From a virus (lineage: Duplodnaviria; Caudoviricetes): a stretch of DNA of 55,822 nucleotides. The position numbers and the translations under genes are program-made. Position 1 is the first letter of the stretch. Each line of letters begins with the position of its first letter. Of the stretch, positions 54,052 through 55,822 are shown in pieces. The notes under the pieces are model-generated. The model did not search any database. It had not been told where the DNA came from and saw only the letters and a program-made list of their open reading frames with translations. The stretch lies in the IMG/VR virus record IMGVR_UViG_3300032322_000568, positions 1 through 55,822 of that record; one strand, 5' to 3'.

Positions 54052-54554
54052 GTTAAGTGATACCTTCTTTTTGCCTGCAAGTACACCTGATGCGCTTCGT
54101 GAGGGGTGTCGAAATAACCAAGGTGCTTTTTCTTGCCATCAACCTGAATGTACGAACTGAACCGATTGGTGCCCTTAAAGAATGACACGCCCATAAAACC
54201 CGTGGAATTGTGCCTTGGCGGCCTTATATGATTGTGAATATTTTGCTGGTGGGTAACTTCTCGCAGGTTTGATAACCTGTTGTCAAGCCCGTTGCCATTT
54301 ATATGATCGATCTCTTTGGGCATGTAGCCATGGACGAAAAGCCATGCAAGTCGATGAGCGCGATCTCGATAACCGCCAAAACCAATCTGGATGTAACGCC
54401 CATTAATCACGCCGACCCTGGACCCTGGCTTTTTAGTGCCAGACGCCTTAATTCTCTGAAACTCGCCGGTCAAAGGGTCGTACGTCAAGTGCTGCATTAA
54501 CGCTTGACGCTTCGCTTCATGGACCGACAAGCGCTTATCCAAGTCGTCGCTCAT
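54039..54554 (-). CDS. HNH-AP2 homing endonuclease
   Basis: L.YDP.TG.F, AHRLAW, IDHINGNGLDNRLSNLR, STG..GV, HLGYF.T..EA...Y. Confidence 0.93.
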   Translation of the reverse strand: MSDDLDKRLSVHEAKRQALMQHLTYDPLTGEFQRIKASGTKKPGSRVGVINGRYIQIGFGGYRDRAHRLAWLFVHGYMPKEIDHINGNGLDNRLSNLREVTHQQNIHNHIRPPRHNSTGFMGVSFFKGTNRFSSYIQVDGKKKHLGYFDTPHEAHQVYLQAKRRYHLTCTI

Positions 54555-54556
54555 GA

Positions 54557-54874
54557 TTAGACACCTGAAGCAGTAAAGCCACTTAAGGAGACGCCTGCTG
54601 TACCAACATCAAGCGTAATGGTTTGCAGGGGTTCAGCAGTGGGGTCGATGATGGGTGCTTCAGACTTGACCCACGCCTCACTGGACTGAGACCAGTTCCA
54701 CACAAAGCCAGCCTCATCCGCAGGCTTCACAGGGCGAACAACCCATCCCGGTGGGAACCACCAAACAACTTCCTGACCGTCTGCTGCCGTGGGTGGCTCA
54801 GGCACTTCAATCCAACCATCAGTGTTATCCGTTTGCGGCTTGGGTATTGATCCGTTTTTGGAGTAAAGCATCAT
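54557..54874 (-). CDS. Trp/Pro-rich fibre-associated (chaperone-like) protein
   Basis: AAGGA RBS, GW.EV..PP and W.W....W pattern. Confidence 0.65.
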   Translation of the reverse strand: MMLYSKNGSIPKPQTDNTDGWIEVPEPPTAADGQEVVWWFPPGWVVRPVKPADEAGFVWNWSQSSEAWVKSEAPIIDPTAEPLQTITLDVGTAGVSLSGFTASGV

Positions 54875-54902
54875 TGATTCCTTGTTGCGTTATACTTTTC
54901 TA

Positions 54903-54948
54903 CCACGGCTGATGAGTCATTGTGACGAAACGCTTTTGCGTCCCGTGG
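54903..54948 (+). ncRNA. type I hammerhead ribozyme
   Basis: CCACGG-CTGATGA-GTCA ttg TGAC-GAA-ACGC tttt GCGT-C-CCGTGG: complete core and three stems, GUC cleavage after 54942. Confidence 0.93.
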
Positions 54949-55088
54949 AGTTTCCCGTGCGGGGGAATAACTGGAAGCCTGCCTGATCCAGCCTAAGCAC
55001 CTTCTCGTTGAGGGTTTTTAGGCCGTGGGTGTGCAACGGATCAGGTCCAGCACACATCTTGCCCTGCTGACAGATCGGAAAGACGGTC
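54943..55088 (+). ncRNA. structured RNA 3' of the hammerhead, unknown family
   Basis: Nested stems CCTGATCC/GGATCAGG, GCCTAA/TTAGGC, ACCTTC/GAGGGT, terminal GATCG-GAAAGA-CGGTC; G-U pairs favour the + strand. Confidence 0.65.
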
Positions 55089-55089
55089 A

Positions 55090-55822
55090 TCATTGATCCT
55101 GCCATTGAGATGTTTGTGGCGTGAAGTTTGCGGTGTATCGGGCAATGCCTTTAGTGATGCGGAAATCGTCAAGATAACCATAGTAAGCATAAATAGAACT
55201 TTGAGTATCAACAAAACCGCTTATTCGCAGGTTTGAATCAGACCAGTTTGTTGAGTTTGAAAGTGTTCCTTGAGAAACACCATTTACATAAATAGTAATC
55301 GTTGATCCAGAGCGAACTACCGCTATATGTTGCCACTGATTATTAACCCTTCCGCCTACGGTAAGTAGTGTGTAAGGGGACAGTCCGTAACCAAAAGCAA
55401 AACTAGATGTTCCGCTATTTGCAAAGAACATACCGTTGCCGCTTGTGTTGCTTGATCTTGTATCAAAAATGTTTCTTGAATTACTTGAAGTATCTAAGCA
55501 ATACGCCCAAAACTCAACGGTAAAGTTACCCGTCCCAAAAGCTACTGATTGATTGTTTGGAGCGGTTAATGAATCGCCGTCCCCATCAAAGTACATCGAA
55601 GCCCCACCAAACTTTGACTGCGTGGTACTGATCTGCGCGTTTGCCACCGTTTCAAGGTCGTTCATCATCGCGTTGTCAATGATGCCGCCATTGGTGTAGG
55701 AGCAGAGCAACTCAACATCGCCCGAAGTTGCACCTTGAGAAGATGTGGTCAGTGGCGCACTTGTCGGGGTAAATATTGATGTGCCATTAGTCGTGCTACT
55801 GGTTTGATAACTTGTTGGGATC
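55090..55822 (-). CDS. LamG repeat tail fibre protein, C-terminal part (enters from window end)
   Basis: Frame stays open upstream of 55710 to the window end; DNAMMNDLETV, G[ND]FTVEFW, GYLDDFRITKG.ARY. Confidence 0.85.
   Translation of the reverse strand, partial: IPTSYQTSSTTNGTSIFTPTSAPLTTSSQGATSGDVELLCSYTNGGIIDNAMMNDLETVANAQISTTQSKFGGASMYFDGDGDSLTAPNNQSVAFGTGNFTVEFWAYCLDTSSNSRNIFDTRSSNTSGNGMFFANSGTSSFAFGYGLSPYTLLTVGGRVNNQWQHIAVVRSGSTITIYVNGVSQGTLSNSTNWSDSNLRISGFVDTQSSIYAYYGYLDDFRITKGIARYTANFTPQTSQWQDQ

Larger units (their letters stand above)
54869..55097. repeat. 10-bp direct repeat CATCATTGAT flanking a 219-bp insert
   Basis: Copies at 54869-54878 and 55088-55097. Confidence 0.75.

Noticed and set aside
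54917-55105. 62-aa minus-strand CDS
   Set aside because: Overlaps the hammerhead and stems whose G-U pairs favour + strand RNA. The ATG derives from the direct repeat. Incidental translation is not excluded.
55800-55822. Direct circular join or terminal repeat with base 1
   Set aside because: No end overlap; the join is out of frame and lacks at least one LamG domain
1-55822. Integrase, att site, tRNA, alternative genetic code
   Set aside because: No recombinase motifs or cloverleaf seen by eye, and standard code gives intact genes using all three stops. tRNAscan would confirm.

Overview
Near-complete genome of a tailed dsDNA phage with podovirus-like architecture (P22-like portal, adaptor/nozzle and ejection proteins, no tape measure or tail tube), opened inside a LamG tail-fibre gene. 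The two ends encode the N- and C-terminal parts of similar fibre genes but do not join in frame, so a segment is missing. One minus-strand late operon runs terS-terL-1418 aa multidomain protein-portal-GroES-scaffold-capsid-adaptor-fibres (23608 to 1) and continues through lysis, tail and ejection genes (55822 to 38199). The early region diverges from a repeat-rich control region at about 30650-30860. Leftward: Cro-like HTH, YdaU-type initiator, DnaB-like helicase, RusA, DUF3310 and Ref nuclease. Rightward: SSB-like protein, PD-(D/E)XK exonuclease and many small mosaic genes. No integrase, CI repressor, DNA polymerase, tRNA or CRISPR was seen. A proteobacterial host is inferred from gene content only. 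Most notable signals: (1) a canonical type I hammerhead ribozyme heading a structured antisense RNA in a 219-bp direct-repeat-flanked insert (54869-55097); (2) a recurring [YFLM]-x-x-GG peptide motif that delimits domains in several virion-module proteins, suggesting a polyprotein processing or packaging system; (3) a C4/P4-CI-like RNA whose loop is complementary to the RBS of the replication initiator; (4) an HNH gene that appears to have captured the start of its host gene. Family assignments are by motif recognition, not database search.
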